Positions 53,772 to 63,817 of a stretch of 64,000 bases of DNA are shown one piece after another. Within the stretch, counting starts at the first letter, position 1, and each line of letters opens with the position of its first letter. Source of the stretch: an uncultured Candidatus Binatia bacterium (GTDB lineage: Bacteria > Desulfobacterota > Binatia > Bin18); contig OZ243979.1 in NCBI GenBank assembly GCA_965214755.1, positions 3,530,229-3,594,228 of the forward strand, given 5' to 3'. The notes under the pieces were generated by a model that worked only from the letters and a program-made list of their open reading frames with translations, was not told where the DNA came from and made no database searches. Both the position numbers and the translations under genes were made by a program.

Positions 53772-54596
53772 ATGCCCCAGGCCAAACCGGACCTGACATA
53801 CGAGTCCTATCTCCGCCTGCCGGAACTGCTCAGCCTTCAGACGCTCCAGTCCGATCCCCCCGCTCACGACGAACTTCAGTTCATCATTGTCCATCAAAGC
53901 TATGAACTCTGGTTTCGGTTGCTGCTGTACGAAGTCCGTACCATCATCGGCCATCTGCGGGCCGGACGGGTGCGACAGGCGATTTGGCTGATACGGCGAC
54001 TTATTGAAATCGAGCGGGTGATGATCCAGCAGGTCCAGGTGCTGGAAACCATGTCGCCGGTGCACTTTCTTGAGTTTCGCGATTTGCTCAGACCGGCCAG
54101 CGGCTTGCAGTCCTTACAGTTTCGAGAGCTCGAATTCCTGTCCGGCCTTCGAGACGAACGCTTCTTTGAAGTGTTCGCCGGGAGTGAGGCTTCCCGGCAG
54201 CGGCTCCGGGCGGCCTATGACGGTCCCAATCTGTGGAGCACGTTTTGTGAACTCTTGCACAGCCGCGGCTTTGAGACGAACACGGCGGAGCAACAGGAGC
54301 GGGCGGTTGCGCATATCTATACCGACCCCCGGCATTTGGATCTGCACCAGCTGTGTGAAGTCATGGTTGAATATGATGAACAGTTTTGTATCTGGCGCTC
54401 CCGCCACGCCTTAATGGCCGAACGCATGGTTGGAGCAAAGCCCGGTACGGGAGACGCCTACACCGGAAAACTTGTCGGTCGCGCATCCTTCCAGACCCCC
54501 GGCGTACGCTATCTCCAGGGACGGGTCAGCGTCCATTTTTTCCCTGTTCTCTGGAATGTCCGAACCCACCTCGGTGGAGGGCCCTATGACACATGA
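53772..54596 (+). CDS. kynA: tryptophan 2,3-dioxygenase
   Basis: LTYESYLRLPELLSLQ...HDELQFIIVHQSYELWF... Confidence 0.85.
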   Translation: MPQAKPDLTYESYLRLPELLSLQTLQSDPPAHDELQFIIVHQSYELWFRLLLYEVRTIIGHLRAGRVRQAIWLIRRLIEIERVMIQQVQVLETMSPVHFLEFRDLLRPASGLQSLQFRELEFLSGLRDERFFEVFAGSEASRQRLRAAYDGPNLWSTFCELLHSRGFETNTAEQQERAVAHIYTDPRHLDLHQLCEVMVEYDEQFCIWRSRHALMAERMVGAKPGTGDAYTGKLVGRASFQTPGVRYLQGRVSVHFFPVLWNVRTHLGGGPYDT

Positions 54597-55728
54597 TCTA
54601 TACCGCTGGCGGACGGCGTTTCCCATCCTCGAAACCTCGACCTATCTGATTTCCCATTCCATGGGCGCAATGCCCAGGGCCACAACAGACCGGCTGCACG
54701 AGTATGCCGAAAGCTGGCAGCGGGAAGGGAGCGCGGTGTGGGATCGCTGGATGGGATTTTTCGAGGAAACCGCCGGACTCATCGGCCGATTTCTCAGTGC
54801 CGAGCCGAGCAGCGTGGTCATGCACCAGAATGTGTCCGCCCTGTTTAACGCCGTACTGTCCTGCTTTGACTTGGGCGGCAAGCGCAATAAAATCCTGTAT
54901 GCCGAACTGACCTTTCCCACCCTGCGCTATAATATTCAGTCCCGAGCCCGACACGGCGCCCGGCCCGTGATGATCTCCTCTCCTGACGGCATCCGGCAAC
55001 CCGCCGAACGCTTTATTGAGGCCATTGATGACGAGACGCTACTGCTGGTCTTGGACCATGGCCTATACCGCTCGGGCGCATTGATCGATATTGTCCCTAT
55101 TGTTCAGGCCGCTCATGCACGTGGCGCCCAGGTTATTGTCGATGCTTATCAAACCGTTGGGACCGTCCCAATCGACGTGCAAGCCTGGCAGGCCGACTTT
55201 GTGGTCGGAGGCTCACACAAATGGTTATGCGGCGGACCCGGCGCGGCCTATCTATACGTCCGTCCGAATGGGCTGCTGTCTCGCCACCCCGTCATGACCG
55301 GCTGGTTCTCGCAGGAGCAGCCTTTTGCCTTTGGCGATGATATTGATTACGCTCACAGCGCGCGGCGTTTTCTGGGCGGCACGCCTGGCATGTCAGCCAT
55401 ATACGCCGCCCGCTCCGGCTATGAGATTCTCCTTGAGGTCGGCGTGGAACGGATTCGGCAGCGCAATATCGAGTTATGCCAGCGCTTGATCGATAGTGCG
55501 CTTGTCCGCGGCATCCATATCAACACGCCTCAAGACGCCCAGGAACGCGGTGGCCTGGTGTGCATCGATTTCGACGGTGCGGCTCAAGCCGAAGCGCAAC
55601 TCGTCGCCCGGCGGGTCTTTGTCGATTACCGCCCGCGCTGTGGTCTCCGTATTTCGCCCCATTTTTACACCACGGAAGACGAAATTGACCGTCTGTTTGA
55701 GGAGCTTGACGCGATCGGCACGGGATAA
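54586..55728 (+). CDS. kynU: kynureninase / class V aminotransferase-fold enzyme
   Basis: ATG 54586 preceded by GGTGGAGGG, overlapping the kynA stop. GGSHKWLCGGPGAAYLYV PLP-lysine region. Context next to kynA. Confidence 0.7.
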   Translation: MTHDLYRWRTAFPILETSTYLISHSMGAMPRATTDRLHEYAESWQREGSAVWDRWMGFFEETAGLIGRFLSAEPSSVVMHQNVSALFNAVLSCFDLGGKRNKILYAELTFPTLRYNIQSRARHGARPVMISSPDGIRQPAERFIEAIDDETLLLVLDHGLYRSGALIDIVPIVQAAHARGAQVIVDAYQTVGTVPIDVQAWQADFVVGGSHKWLCGGPGAAYLYVRPNGLLSRHPVMTGWFSQEQPFAFGDDIDYAHSARRFLGGTPGMSAIYAARSGYEILLEVGVERIRQRNIELCQRLIDSALVRGIHINTPQDAQERGGLVCIDFDGAAQAEAQLVARRVFVDYRPRCGLRISPHFYTTEDEIDRLFEELDAIGTG

Positions 55729-55823
55729 GTCTTCTCCTATGACAGAGAACAGCCAGCCTCACCCTCGGATGTTGGTTTCGCATTGAATCCACACGCGGAC
55801 TTATGGCAAGATGCGGGGCCGAC

Positions 55824-56243
55824 ATGTCAACCGTACAGGAAAAACCGCGGCCCCTGATTGACGACCTCACCCGTCCGTTCTGGGAGGCGGCCAGGGAACA
55901 TCACCTCATTATCCAGCGCTGCCAGGAGTGTCGCCATTTTCATCACCCGCCACGCCCGGTGTGCGATGCCTGTCACAGCGCAGTTCTCACATTCGAGCAG
56001 GTCAGCGGCCGCGGCACGATCTACAGTTTTAGTGTGATGTATCAACCCAACGTGACCGGTTTCGGGGACGAACTGCCCTACCTCAGTATTCTCGTCGAGC
56101 TTGAAGAACAGCCACGCCTCTTTCTGGTCTCCGACCTGCCTGCGACGCAACGTGAGCAGGTCCGAATCGGTAGCAAAGTCGAGGTCTATTTCGAGGATGT
56201 TGATGCGGAGCTGACGCTGCCCAAGTTTCGTCTCGTTGCTTGA
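55824..56243 (+). CDS. DUF35 Zn-ribbon/OB-fold protein
   Basis: FWEAAREHHLIIQRCQECRHFHHPPRPVCDAC. Precedes a thiolase-like gene, as is typical. Confidence 0.8.
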   Translation: MSTVQEKPRPLIDDLTRPFWEAAREHHLIIQRCQECRHFHHPPRPVCDACHSAVLTFEQVSGRGTIYSFSVMYQPNVTGFGDELPYLSILVELEEQPRLFLVSDLPATQREQVRIGSKVEVYFEDVDAELTLPKFRLVA

Positions 56244-56258
56244 CCAAAGGGCGCACCC

Positions 56259-57446
56259 ATGAGCTGGCAAGGGAAAGGCAAAACCGCCATCGTTGGCATT
56301 GGCTACTCCGAACTGAGCCGCCGTCCGCAGAAGTCCCTCGGTGCGCTGAGCCTGGATGCGTGTCGGACCGCCCTTGATGACGCCGGGCTGCCGGCCGAGC
56401 GGGTTGATGGCCTTGCTACTTTTCCTGAAGCGCCTTTTCACGGCGCGGGTACCCAGGATGGCGAGCATATTGTCAGCGTCGAATACATGATGAACCATCT
56501 CCCGCTCGCGCCTGATATTCGGTGGTATGCGCAAATCGAAACCGGTCTGATTGCGAGTGCGGTTATTGAAGGGGTCAACGCCCTCTTGGCCGAGGCGTGC
56601 GAGTATGTGCTGGTCTGGCGCGCGCTCCACAACCCGCGCGGCCGCTATGGGGCATGGTCCGGCAACCGGGCTCCTGGCGACGCCCAATTCATGGCCCCCT
56701 ACGGTTGTACGAGTATTTTTCAGTGGCACGCCATGGCCTGGCAGCGCTATATGCATCGCCACGGCGCCACCCGGGAGCATCTCGCGACCCTTGTAACGAA
56801 TAGCCGACGGAATGCGAACCGCAATCCGAACGCCTATTTTTACACCACGCCCATGACCCGTGAGGATTATTTTGCTGCGCGCTGGATCGCCGAGCCCTTA
56901 TGTTTGTTTGACTGCGATATACCGGTTGAAGGCTGTGTCGCCCTCGTCCTGACTACTGCAGAGCGGGCGGCAGACCTCCGCCGCCCACCGGCCTATATTG
57001 CCGGCTACGGGCAGAACACGAGTCGTCGCCGAGCACTGTTTCACTATGCGTTGGATAATTATATGGAGTCCGGCCACTCGCTGGCCAGCAAGCTCTGGGC
57101 GTCTTCGGGCTTGGGCCCCCAGGATATGAGTGCCGCCGAGCTGTACGATGGATTCAGTCCCTCCACGCTGTATTGGCTGGAAGCGGCGGGCTTCTGTGGA
57201 GAAGGCGAAGCCTACAGCTTCATCCAGGACGGGCGCATTGCCCTGGAAGGCGAACTGCCGGTCAATACGTTCGGTGGCAGCCTGAGCGAGGGTCGGCTGC
57301 ACGGCATGGGGCATATTGCCGAAGCCGTCATGCAGGTGACCGACCGGGCGGAAAAGCGTCAGGTCCCCAACGCCTCAGCCGTATGTGCCATTGACGGCTC
57401 CCCCATGCTGCGGGGGAGCGGTCTGGTGATCACCCGGGAGCCGTGA
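56259..57446 (+). CDS. thiolase-like (SCP-x type) protein
   Basis: 395 aa; ..NTFGGSLSEGRLHGMGHI.. C-terminal thiolase-like motifs. Paired with DUF35. Confidence 0.75.
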   Translation: MSWQGKGKTAIVGIGYSELSRRPQKSLGALSLDACRTALDDAGLPAERVDGLATFPEAPFHGAGTQDGEHIVSVEYMMNHLPLAPDIRWYAQIETGLIASAVIEGVNALLAEACEYVLVWRALHNPRGRYGAWSGNRAPGDAQFMAPYGCTSIFQWHAMAWQRYMHRHGATREHLATLVTNSRRNANRNPNAYFYTTPMTREDYFAARWIAEPLCLFDCDIPVEGCVALVLTTAERAADLRRPPAYIAGYGQNTSRRRALFHYALDNYMESGHSLASKLWASSGLGPQDMSAAELYDGFSPSTLYWLEAAGFCGEGEAYSFIQDGRIALEGELPVNTFGGSLSEGRLHGMGHIAEAVMQVTDRAEKRQVPNASAVCAIDGSPMLRGSGLVITREP

Positions 57447-57572
57447 TGGAGGAGCTCATCGTCGGTCTAGCGTAGAGACATACCCCTTAGCCATTCTGGC
57501 AGTTTATTCATCGTCTAGGGCGGCCCGCGTCCGACCTTCCCTACGCTCGTGAATCCTGGAATACTAGACGCC

Positions 57573-58556
57573 ATGGCCGAGCAAAAAGAGCGGATTGTTT
57601 TCTGTGACGCTGAGCGTATTCCGGTCCATTTGATTTCCGGCTTTCTGGGCAGTGGTAAGACCACCCTCCTGCGCCGCCTGCTTGATTATTGTCTGAGCCA
57701 GGGCCTTAAACCCGCGGTCATGATGAATGAGTATGGGGAAGTCAACATCGATGGCGAGTTGCTGCGCGGGCAGGGCTACACCATCCGGGAAATGACCAAT
57801 GGCTGCATTTGCTGCACGATTGGCGGCACCCTGGGCCTCGCCCTCCAGGATGTTGCCGCCCTCAAGCCAGATGTCATTTTTATTGAAGCTACTGGTCTCG
57901 CCGACCCGGTCGAACTCATGGATCAAGCCACAAAAGAAGAAGTCCTGCCCCTGGTCCGCCTGGCCTCGCTGATTGCCGTTCTTGACCCTATTAATTTCAG
58001 TCGCTTGGCCGAAGAAGTGCACTCGGGCATTCGGCAACAGACGGAACTCGCCGATGTGGTGGTCTTAAACAAACGGGACCTGGCAGACGAGTCTGTCCTG
58101 GCCAAACTGGAAAAACAGATTCGTCAGTTAAATCCGCGTACGGAGATTGTTCGGACAGAACGCGGGGACATGGATTACGCCCAGATTGTCTACCGCCAAA
58201 CAGACAAAAATGCTAGGCTCGTTTCCTCTCCACGTCAGGCACCGGTACACGACCATTTTCATACGCTGACATGTCTGTGCGAGGTCCCACTGGTCCGAGA
58301 ACGGTTCGAGCGGCTGATGCGCAGCCTGCCGGACACGGTGTGGCGCGCCAAAGGGTTTGTGCGGTTTACCGACTCGGACGAGCAGTGGATGTTTCAATAT
58401 GTGACCGGCGAATTCGACATGGAGTGGCTGGATTTATTACCCGAACCACCCGAGCACGTCGTTTTTATCGGCAAGGGTTTTGACCGGGACGGGCTGCAAC
58501 AGGTTCTGCGGGAGTGCCAACCCAGGGACAACCCGGAAGTCGCATGGACACGCTAG
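57573..58556 (+). CDS. COG0523 / CobW-family G3E GTPase
   Basis: GFLGSGKTTLL P-loop, GCICCT motif, C-terminal CobW_C-like part. The GTG at 57549 is an alternative start. Confidence 0.85.
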   Translation: MAEQKERIVFCDAERIPVHLISGFLGSGKTTLLRRLLDYCLSQGLKPAVMMNEYGEVNIDGELLRGQGYTIREMTNGCICCTIGGTLGLALQDVAALKPDVIFIEATGLADPVELMDQATKEEVLPLVRLASLIAVLDPINFSRLAEEVHSGIRQQTELADVVVLNKRDLADESVLAKLEKQIRQLNPRTEIVRTERGDMDYAQIVYRQTDKNARLVSSPRQAPVHDHFHTLTCLCEVPLVRERFERLMRSLPDTVWRAKGFVRFTDSDEQWMFQYVTGEFDMEWLDLLPEPPEHVVFIGKGFDRDGLQQVLRECQPRDNPEVAWTR

Positions 58557-58723
58557 GCTGGGACAAGATTCTATGGGGAGTGCTCATCGGCGCGCTGACA
58601 GGAATGATTGTGTCCCTTATGCTGTTGCCGTTCGGTGTGCGTCGCGCCGAATGGATGATGTCTGCCTGTGCAACCCTAGGGGTGTTTATCGGACTCCTCA
58701 AAATAGCAGACGCGGAAAGATAG
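58544..58723 (+). CDS. small two-helix membrane protein (59 aa)
   Basis: ATG 58544 overlaps the end of the GTPase gene. ILWGVLIGALTGMIVSLMLLPF / ACATLGVFIGLL. Confidence 0.45.
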   Translation: MDTLGWDKILWGVLIGALTGMIVSLMLLPFGVRRAEWMMSACATLGVFIGLLKIADAER

Positions 58724-58745
58724 AAAGCCGACAAGGAGGACTCGT

Positions 58746-59360
58746 ATGCTTTATGAAGTCCGGACCTATCGCCTCAAACCAGGGACGCTTGCCGAATGCG
58801 AACGAATTTTTGGTGACGCCCTGTCGCGACGCGAGGAATTTTCCTCACTCGGAGCGTTTTGGCATACCGAGATTGGCCCGCTCAACGAGATCATCCATGT
58901 CTGGCCGTACGAGAGCCTTCAGCAGCGGACGGAGGCGAGAGCGCGGGCCATGCAAAGCGGGGCGTGGCCTCCTCCGATCGGTACGTTCATCGAACACATG
59001 GAATCCGAAATTTTTATTCCTGCGCCCTTTATGGAACCGCTCGGCAAGCGGCAGCTTGGCCCGGTATATGAGATACGTACCTATATGTACCGGCCAGGTG
59101 CCGTGCCAACCGTGTTGGAGCGCTGGACCAAAGCCCTTCCCGCCCGGACCCAGCTCTCACCCCTGGCCGCCTGCTGGTATAGCGACCTCGGGACGCTCAA
59201 CAAATTCGTCCATATCTGGCCCTACGCGAGCCTGGACGAACGTAGCCGCGTCCGGGCCGAAGCCGCCCAACTGCCCACCTGGCCGCCCGGCACCAAGGAT
59301 CTGCTGCTGAGCCAGCAGAGCAAAATAGTCCTGCCGGCCGCGTTTTCGCCCATGCGATAG
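58746..59360 (+). CDS. NIPSNAP family protein
   Basis: Two repeats of the type YE.R.Y.(L/Y).PG.. Confidence 0.75.
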   Translation: MLYEVRTYRLKPGTLAECERIFGDALSRREEFSSLGAFWHTEIGPLNEIIHVWPYESLQQRTEARARAMQSGAWPPPIGTFIEHMESEIFIPAPFMEPLGKRQLGPVYEIRTYMYRPGAVPTVLERWTKALPARTQLSPLAACWYSDLGTLNKFVHIWPYASLDERSRVRAEAAQLPTWPPGTKDLLLSQQSKIVLPAAFSPMR

Positions 59361-59461
59361 AGCCTGATGCGAATTTTATGAACGCCGCATTGACTCGGAT
59401 AGGAGCGGTTGCAAAATTTTTCGTGTATCGTAGAAAGGTCAATAGAGAGAGGGGGCCGTTC

Positions 59462-59713
59462 ATGACAAAACAGGAAAAAAGTCGTGGACGCTTTGGAGAC
59501 GTGCTGAAGGTGCATACCAACTTTGAGGGGAGACAGACCGTTTCCATTGCAGAGATCATGTTCCGAAACCTTGATAAGGAGAAGTTCAAGAGCGATTATC
59601 TTGCCGGCAAATATACCCCCCCCGCTCAAACAAGAAGAGAGTGCAGAAGAGTCATAATCGAGGGCAGGAGCGTTCGTGCACGGCACAGGGCTTCAGTTAC
59701 CACTTGCGTGTAG
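59462..59713 (+). CDS. hypothetical protein (83 aa) in a low-GC patch
   Basis: ATG 59462 preceded by GAGAGGGGG. Contains a C8 tract at 59616-59623. No family recognised. Confidence 0.4.
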   Translation: MTKQEKSRGRFGDVLKVHTNFEGRQTVSIAEIMFRNLDKEKFKSDYLAGKYTPPAQTRRECRRVIIEGRSVRARHRASVTTCV

Positions 59714-60029
59714 CCTTGTTGCGGGCTTCCTGATCATACGTCTTCTCCCACTCACGCGGTACTACACCAACCGTCAACAAGGCTACGCCCTTTTCCTTCT
59801 TTCAATAACCGCAGGTTTGTCTCTACTGATTATCGCGTCGCCTGTCGTGTATTACGCGCGTAGTTGGCAGATTGTTGACGTTGAAGCGGTGCACCGCTTC
59901 ATACACGCGGTGCTGCCAGTACCACATGCAGGGAAGAGTCTCGTTACGCTTATTCTCGGTGTCGCGCTTCCGGTAGTTTCATGGCTAGTGTCGAAAGACA
60001 CTAGCCATGAATTTTGTCATTGGATTTAA
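59676..60029 (+). CDS. hypothetical membrane protein (117 aa)
   Basis: GTG 59676 preceded by AGGAG at 6 nt. Three hydrophobic segments. Confidence 0.5.
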   Translation: MHGTGLQLPLACSLVAGFLIIRLLPLTRYYTNRQQGYALFLLSITAGLSLLIIASPVVYYARSWQIVDVEAVHRFIHAVLPVPHAGKSLVTLILGVALPVVSWLVSKDTSHEFCHWI

Positions 60030-60327
60030 GGGAGACCCTCTGGAAGTCTTACTTCGCCGATCATTTGAGCGGGGCAGAGAAATTTCTGTCACACTGCGTA
60101 GCGAAAAAGTGTATGTCGGCTACCTAGATGCCTTATTTAATCCATCCTACGACGTAAATTATATTGAACCCTCTCTCACGCATAGCGGATACCGAACCGA
60201 AACCGAAAAGCGCCTCGTGCTCACAAACGATTATCGAGAAAAAACAGAAGAAGTGTACACGCAACGACTGGCAGAGCGCGTCGAGTTTTACGCCCGTGAC
60301 TTTCCAGAACAGGACTTTGATTGGTAG
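60007..60327 (+). CDS. hypothetical protein; frame continues past an in-frame TAG to 60507
   Basis: 106 aa ORF ending at TAG 60325-60327. Own translation shows the same frame stays open for 59 more codons (LAKAEGDLVRQTGIERELSAYQVVIPTSEVVSVSYFDHELYKAFEDD...) up to a TGA overlapping the next gene's ATG. Confidence 0.45.
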   Translation: MNFVIGFKGDPLEVLLRRSFERGREISVTLRSEKVYVGYLDALFNPSYDVNYIEPSLTHSGYRTETEKRLVLTNDYREKTEEVYTQRLAERVEFYARDFPEQDFDW

Positions 60328-60503
60328 CTGGCGAAAGCCGAAGGTGACCTCGTGCGACAAACAGGGATCGAACGTGAACTGAGCGCGTATCAGGTCGTCA
60401 TTCCAACCTCAGAGGTCGTCTCGGTCAGCTACTTTGATCACGAGTTGTACAAGGCGTTTGAAGACGACGGATCAGCTACAGACAGAACAGCAGGGCACTC
60501 CAC

Positions 60504-62063
60504 ATGAGCTGGGAAAAAGAAGTCAAAGGCATTGAGCAACGCAGACAGTTAGCCCAAGAGCTGGGCGGACCTGAAGCGATTGCCAAGCAACATGAGCGGG
60601 GACGGTTGACCATCCGCGAGCGCGTGGTCCAGTTGCTCGACGCCGATTCTTTCCGCGAGCAAGGGCCGATTGCCGGCTACTCCGAAACTGATGAACAGGG
60701 ACAGCTCCGCTCGTTTTCTCCAGCGAATTACGTAGTCGGCTTTGGCAAGATCAATAACCGTCCCTGCGTGGTTGGCGGTGAGGACTTTACCCTCAAGGGT
60801 GGCTCGCCCTCGTCCGCCGGCTTTCGCAAGAGCGTGTGGGCCGAAGAGCTCGCGTGTCGCTACCGACTGCCCCTCATTCGCTTTCTCGAAGGCGGCGGCG
60901 GGAGTGTCCCGCGAGGGAAGAACAGCGGCGAAACGACCGGGAGTACGGAATCGGTGAACGCCCCGCCCCGGTTCATGTCGGTGATGCAGGCCATGTCCAT
61001 GGTGCCGGTCGCATCCGCCGCGGTTGGTGCAGTGGCCGGACTGCCGGCCGCACGCCTGGTTGCCTCCCATTTCTCGGTCATGACTCAAAAGTCCTCACAA
61101 GTGATGATCGGCGGTCCGGCCCTGGTTGAGCGCGCCTTTGGACAGCCGATCACCAAGGAGGAACTCGGCGGCCCGCACATCCACCTGCGCAGCGGAGTTG
61201 TGGATAATGTTGCGGAGGATGAATCCGGTGTATTCGCTCAGATTCGGCAATTTCTGAGCTATCTGCCGACGAATGTCTGGGAAGCGGCTCCGGTCCGTCC
61301 GGGCGAAGACGATCGCAACCGTCAGGAAGAAGAACTGCTCGGTATTATTCCGCGCAACCGCAGACGCGCGTATCCGATGCGGCGAGTGATCGAGGGCGTT
61401 GTTGACCGCGGCTCATTTTTTGAGATTGCGCCCCTGTACGGTCCGTCCCAGATTACCGGCTTGGCCCGGCTGAACGGCCAGCCGGTCGGGATTCTGGCCA
61501 ACGACCCGCAGTGGTATGCCGGGGCCATGACCGCGGCGGGCGCCCAAAAGGTGAAGCGCCATATTGATCTGTGTGACACGTTTCATCTGCCCATGGTCAG
61601 CCTGGTGGACGAACCCGGTTTCATGATTGGACCGGAGGCCGAGCAGAGCGCCACCATTCGCTATGGGACGGCGACCATCTTTGCCCTCATGCAATCCACC
61701 ATTCCCTGGGTGTCAGTCATCGTCCGCAAGGTCTACGGCGTTGCCGGCGTGGCTCACTTTGGGCCGGGCGGGATGGTGTTTGCCTGGCCGTCTGCCGAGA
61801 GTGGCGCCCTGCCGCTGGAAGGAGGTGTGGCGGTGGCCTACCGGCGCGAGATCGCCGCCGCGTCAGACCCGGAGGCCAAGCGACGAGAGCTTGAAGAAGC
61901 GCTCGCCAGTAAACGCTCCGTCTACGCCCGAGCCGAAGGCTTTGCCGTCCACGACATGATCGACCCCAGACACACCCGGCCGGTGCTGTGTGATTGGGTT
62001 GAGTGGATTCAACCCCAACTCAAAGCGCATACCGGCCCGCGGGCCTATACGATCCGTCCCTAG
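60504..62063 (+). CDS. acyl-CoA carboxylase carboxyltransferase (beta) subunit
   Basis: 519 aa. Typical N- and C-terminal carboxyltransferase halves (..RERV..LLD..SF.E......; ..PG.M.G...E..). Confidence 0.85.
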   Translation: MSWEKEVKGIEQRRQLAQELGGPEAIAKQHERGRLTIRERVVQLLDADSFREQGPIAGYSETDEQGQLRSFSPANYVVGFGKINNRPCVVGGEDFTLKGGSPSSAGFRKSVWAEELACRYRLPLIRFLEGGGGSVPRGKNSGETTGSTESVNAPPRFMSVMQAMSMVPVASAAVGAVAGLPAARLVASHFSVMTQKSSQVMIGGPALVERAFGQPITKEELGGPHIHLRSGVVDNVAEDESGVFAQIRQFLSYLPTNVWEAAPVRPGEDDRNRQEEELLGIIPRNRRRAYPMRRVIEGVVDRGSFFEIAPLYGPSQITGLARLNGQPVGILANDPQWYAGAMTAAGAQKVKRHIDLCDTFHLPMVSLVDEPGFMIGPEAEQSATIRYGTATIFALMQSTIPWVSVIVRKVYGVAGVAHFGPGGMVFAWPSAESGALPLEGGVAVAYRREIAAASDPEAKRRELEEALASKRSVYARAEGFAVHDMIDPRHTRPVLCDWVEWIQPQLKAHTGPRAYTIRP

Positions 62064-62314
62064 CGGGTGTTCGGGACTTGGGTCGTGCTCGGCTCTGCCG
62101 GAAGGACGGACCGCAACGCCGCTTCGAGTGTTGTCAGTGATAAGGAGTGGGCGTTATTCGCCTCTATCTTGCCATCCCTGAAATCCGATAGTGTATTTTC
62201 TGATAAAATCAGCTTGACTTAATCCTTTGGCTGGCGGGAGAGCAGACCGAGACGCGCCTCCCTTCCCACGTCCTAGCGGCCCATTCCAGGTGGGAATCGG
62301 CGGAGACCGGATCG

Positions 62315-62755
62315 TCAGCCCTCGTCCGGGCTCTTCTCCGTGGTCTTCTTTTTGAGGGTCACGATATTGCAGCCCTCTTCTCGCCGATACTCGACGCTAT
62401 CCATCATCTGATGCACGAGGAAGAGGCCGAGTCCGCCCAGGGGCCGCTCTTCAAGGGAGGCTCCGATATCGGGTGTCGGCGCGTTTGACAGGTCGAACGC
62501 CGCGCCATCATCCACGATCACGATGACCAGCGCTTCCGCTTCCAGACGGACGATAATCTCGATCCGATGCGGCGCGTCATCGTCGTACCCGTAGCTGATG
62601 GTATTGGTCAGGATCTCGTCTAGCGCCAGGTTGACCGCATAGGTGACTTCCGCCGTCATATCCTGGGAGGTGCAGAACTCGTCAATCTGCGCCGCGACGC
62701 GGGCGATCTCCTGCAGATCGTTCACCAGTGAGATTTCCAGCGTTTCTTCGTTCAC
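62315..62755 (-). CDS. anti-sigma regulatory factor (RsbW/SpoIIAB-like Ser/Thr kinase, HATPase_c)
   Basis: ...ALDEILTNTISYGY...VDDGAAFD...GGLGLFLV... Confidence 0.75.
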   Translation of the reverse strand: MNEETLEISLVNDLQEIARVAAQIDEFCTSQDMTAEVTYAVNLALDEILTNTISYGYDDDAPHRIEIIVRLEAEALVIVIVDDGAAFDLSNAPTPDIGASLEERPLGGLGLFLVHQMMDSVEYRREEGCNIVTLKKKTTEKSPDEG

Positions 62756-62815
62756 GGCCCCTCCTTCCTCCCGGAGCGTGCGGAGAAAAAATCCGTCAAC
62801 GGTTTGGACAGATAG

Positions 62816-63715
62816 CTACGACGAAGACCGTCCGGCGGGTGAGGTATCCGTCTCCATCGGCAGACTCGCATCCGCGGCCCATTCCATGAGCGAACCATCG
62901 TAGACGGCAACGTCTTCCAGCCCCAACAGGGTGAGGACGAATGCCTCGCTGCTGGCCGCGATCCCAGCCCCACAATAGGTAATGATCCGCTTCGCGCCGG
63001 TTGCGCCAACGGCCTCGAATTTTTCGCGGAGTTGCTCAGCAGGCAGATAGGCGTGCATCTCCGGATCGACCAGATCATAAAAGGAGACATTCTCACTCGA
63101 CGCAATGCGTCCCGGCCGGGGATACCGAATCATCCCTCCCGTGCCCGCGTGATCCTCGGCGGTCAGGGCGTTCAGCAGGCAGCTTGACGGTGTCCGTATC
63201 GCCTCCAGAACTTCTTGCTTACCCACCATCAGCGTGGGCCGCGGGATGGCCACGAACTGGCCTCGCACGGGGACCGCGGGACGGTTCGAGACGGGCCGCC
63301 CCTCCTGCGTCCACTTGTGCCAGCCGCCGTTGAGGACTGTCGCATTGTCAAAACCACTCGCGCGGAGCATCCACCAGACTCGGGCCGCCCAGATGTGATA
63401 GAAATCGTCATAGAGAATAACGCGAGTGTGGGCACTCACTCCGACGCGCGCCATGGCGTCGGCAAATTGGTCGGCGGGCGGCATCATCAGCGGCAGGTCG
63501 CTGTGCCGGTCGGACAGGTCGGTGGTGAAATCGACGAAGCCGCTCCCAGGGATATGGCCCTCCTCCCAGGCGGACCGACCGCTCTCCAGGCGGAAGCCGC
63601 CGGAATCCTCGGGAATCAGGCGAACACGGCAGTCGAGCAGGCACAGGTCCGTATCGTTCAGATGTTCTTCCAACCAGTTCGTCTCAACGAGAGCGCGGGA
63701 ATTGCCATGCGACAT
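62816..63715 (-). CDS. sseA: rhodanese-domain sulfurtransferase (thiosulfate/3-mercaptopyruvate type)
   Basis: ATG 63715 preceded by AAGGAGGACACC. Two rhodanese halves and active-site YCGAGIAAS. The ORF-track N-terminal extension to 63979 is rejected. Confidence 0.8.
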   Translation of the reverse strand: MSHGNSRALVETNWLEEHLNDTDLCLLDCRVRLIPEDSGGFRLESGRSAWEEGHIPGSGFVDFTTDLSDRHSDLPLMMPPADQFADAMARVGVSAHTRVILYDDFYHIWAARVWWMLRASGFDNATVLNGGWHKWTQEGRPVSNRPAVPVRGQFVAIPRPTLMVGKQEVLEAIRTPSSCLLNALTAEDHAGTGGMIRYPRPGRIASSENVSFYDLVDPEMHAYLPAEQLREKFEAVGATGAKRIITYCGAGIAASSEAFVLTLLGLEDVAVYDGSLMEWAADASLPMETDTSPAGRSSS

Positions 63716-63817
63716 GGTGTCCTCCTTGCTGTTTGCCGGCTGGTGTGAATGGTATATATTCAGCGTCGGTTGGGCTAGAGTGAATATAGCGCAGCAGCCT
63801 ATCGATCTTCTGAGCCA

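Noticed and set aside
60325-60327. In-frame TAG as a pyrrolysine codon
   Set aside because: No pyl genes or PYLIS-like context were seen, and the locus also shows a probable frameshift. A decaying gene is more parsimonious.
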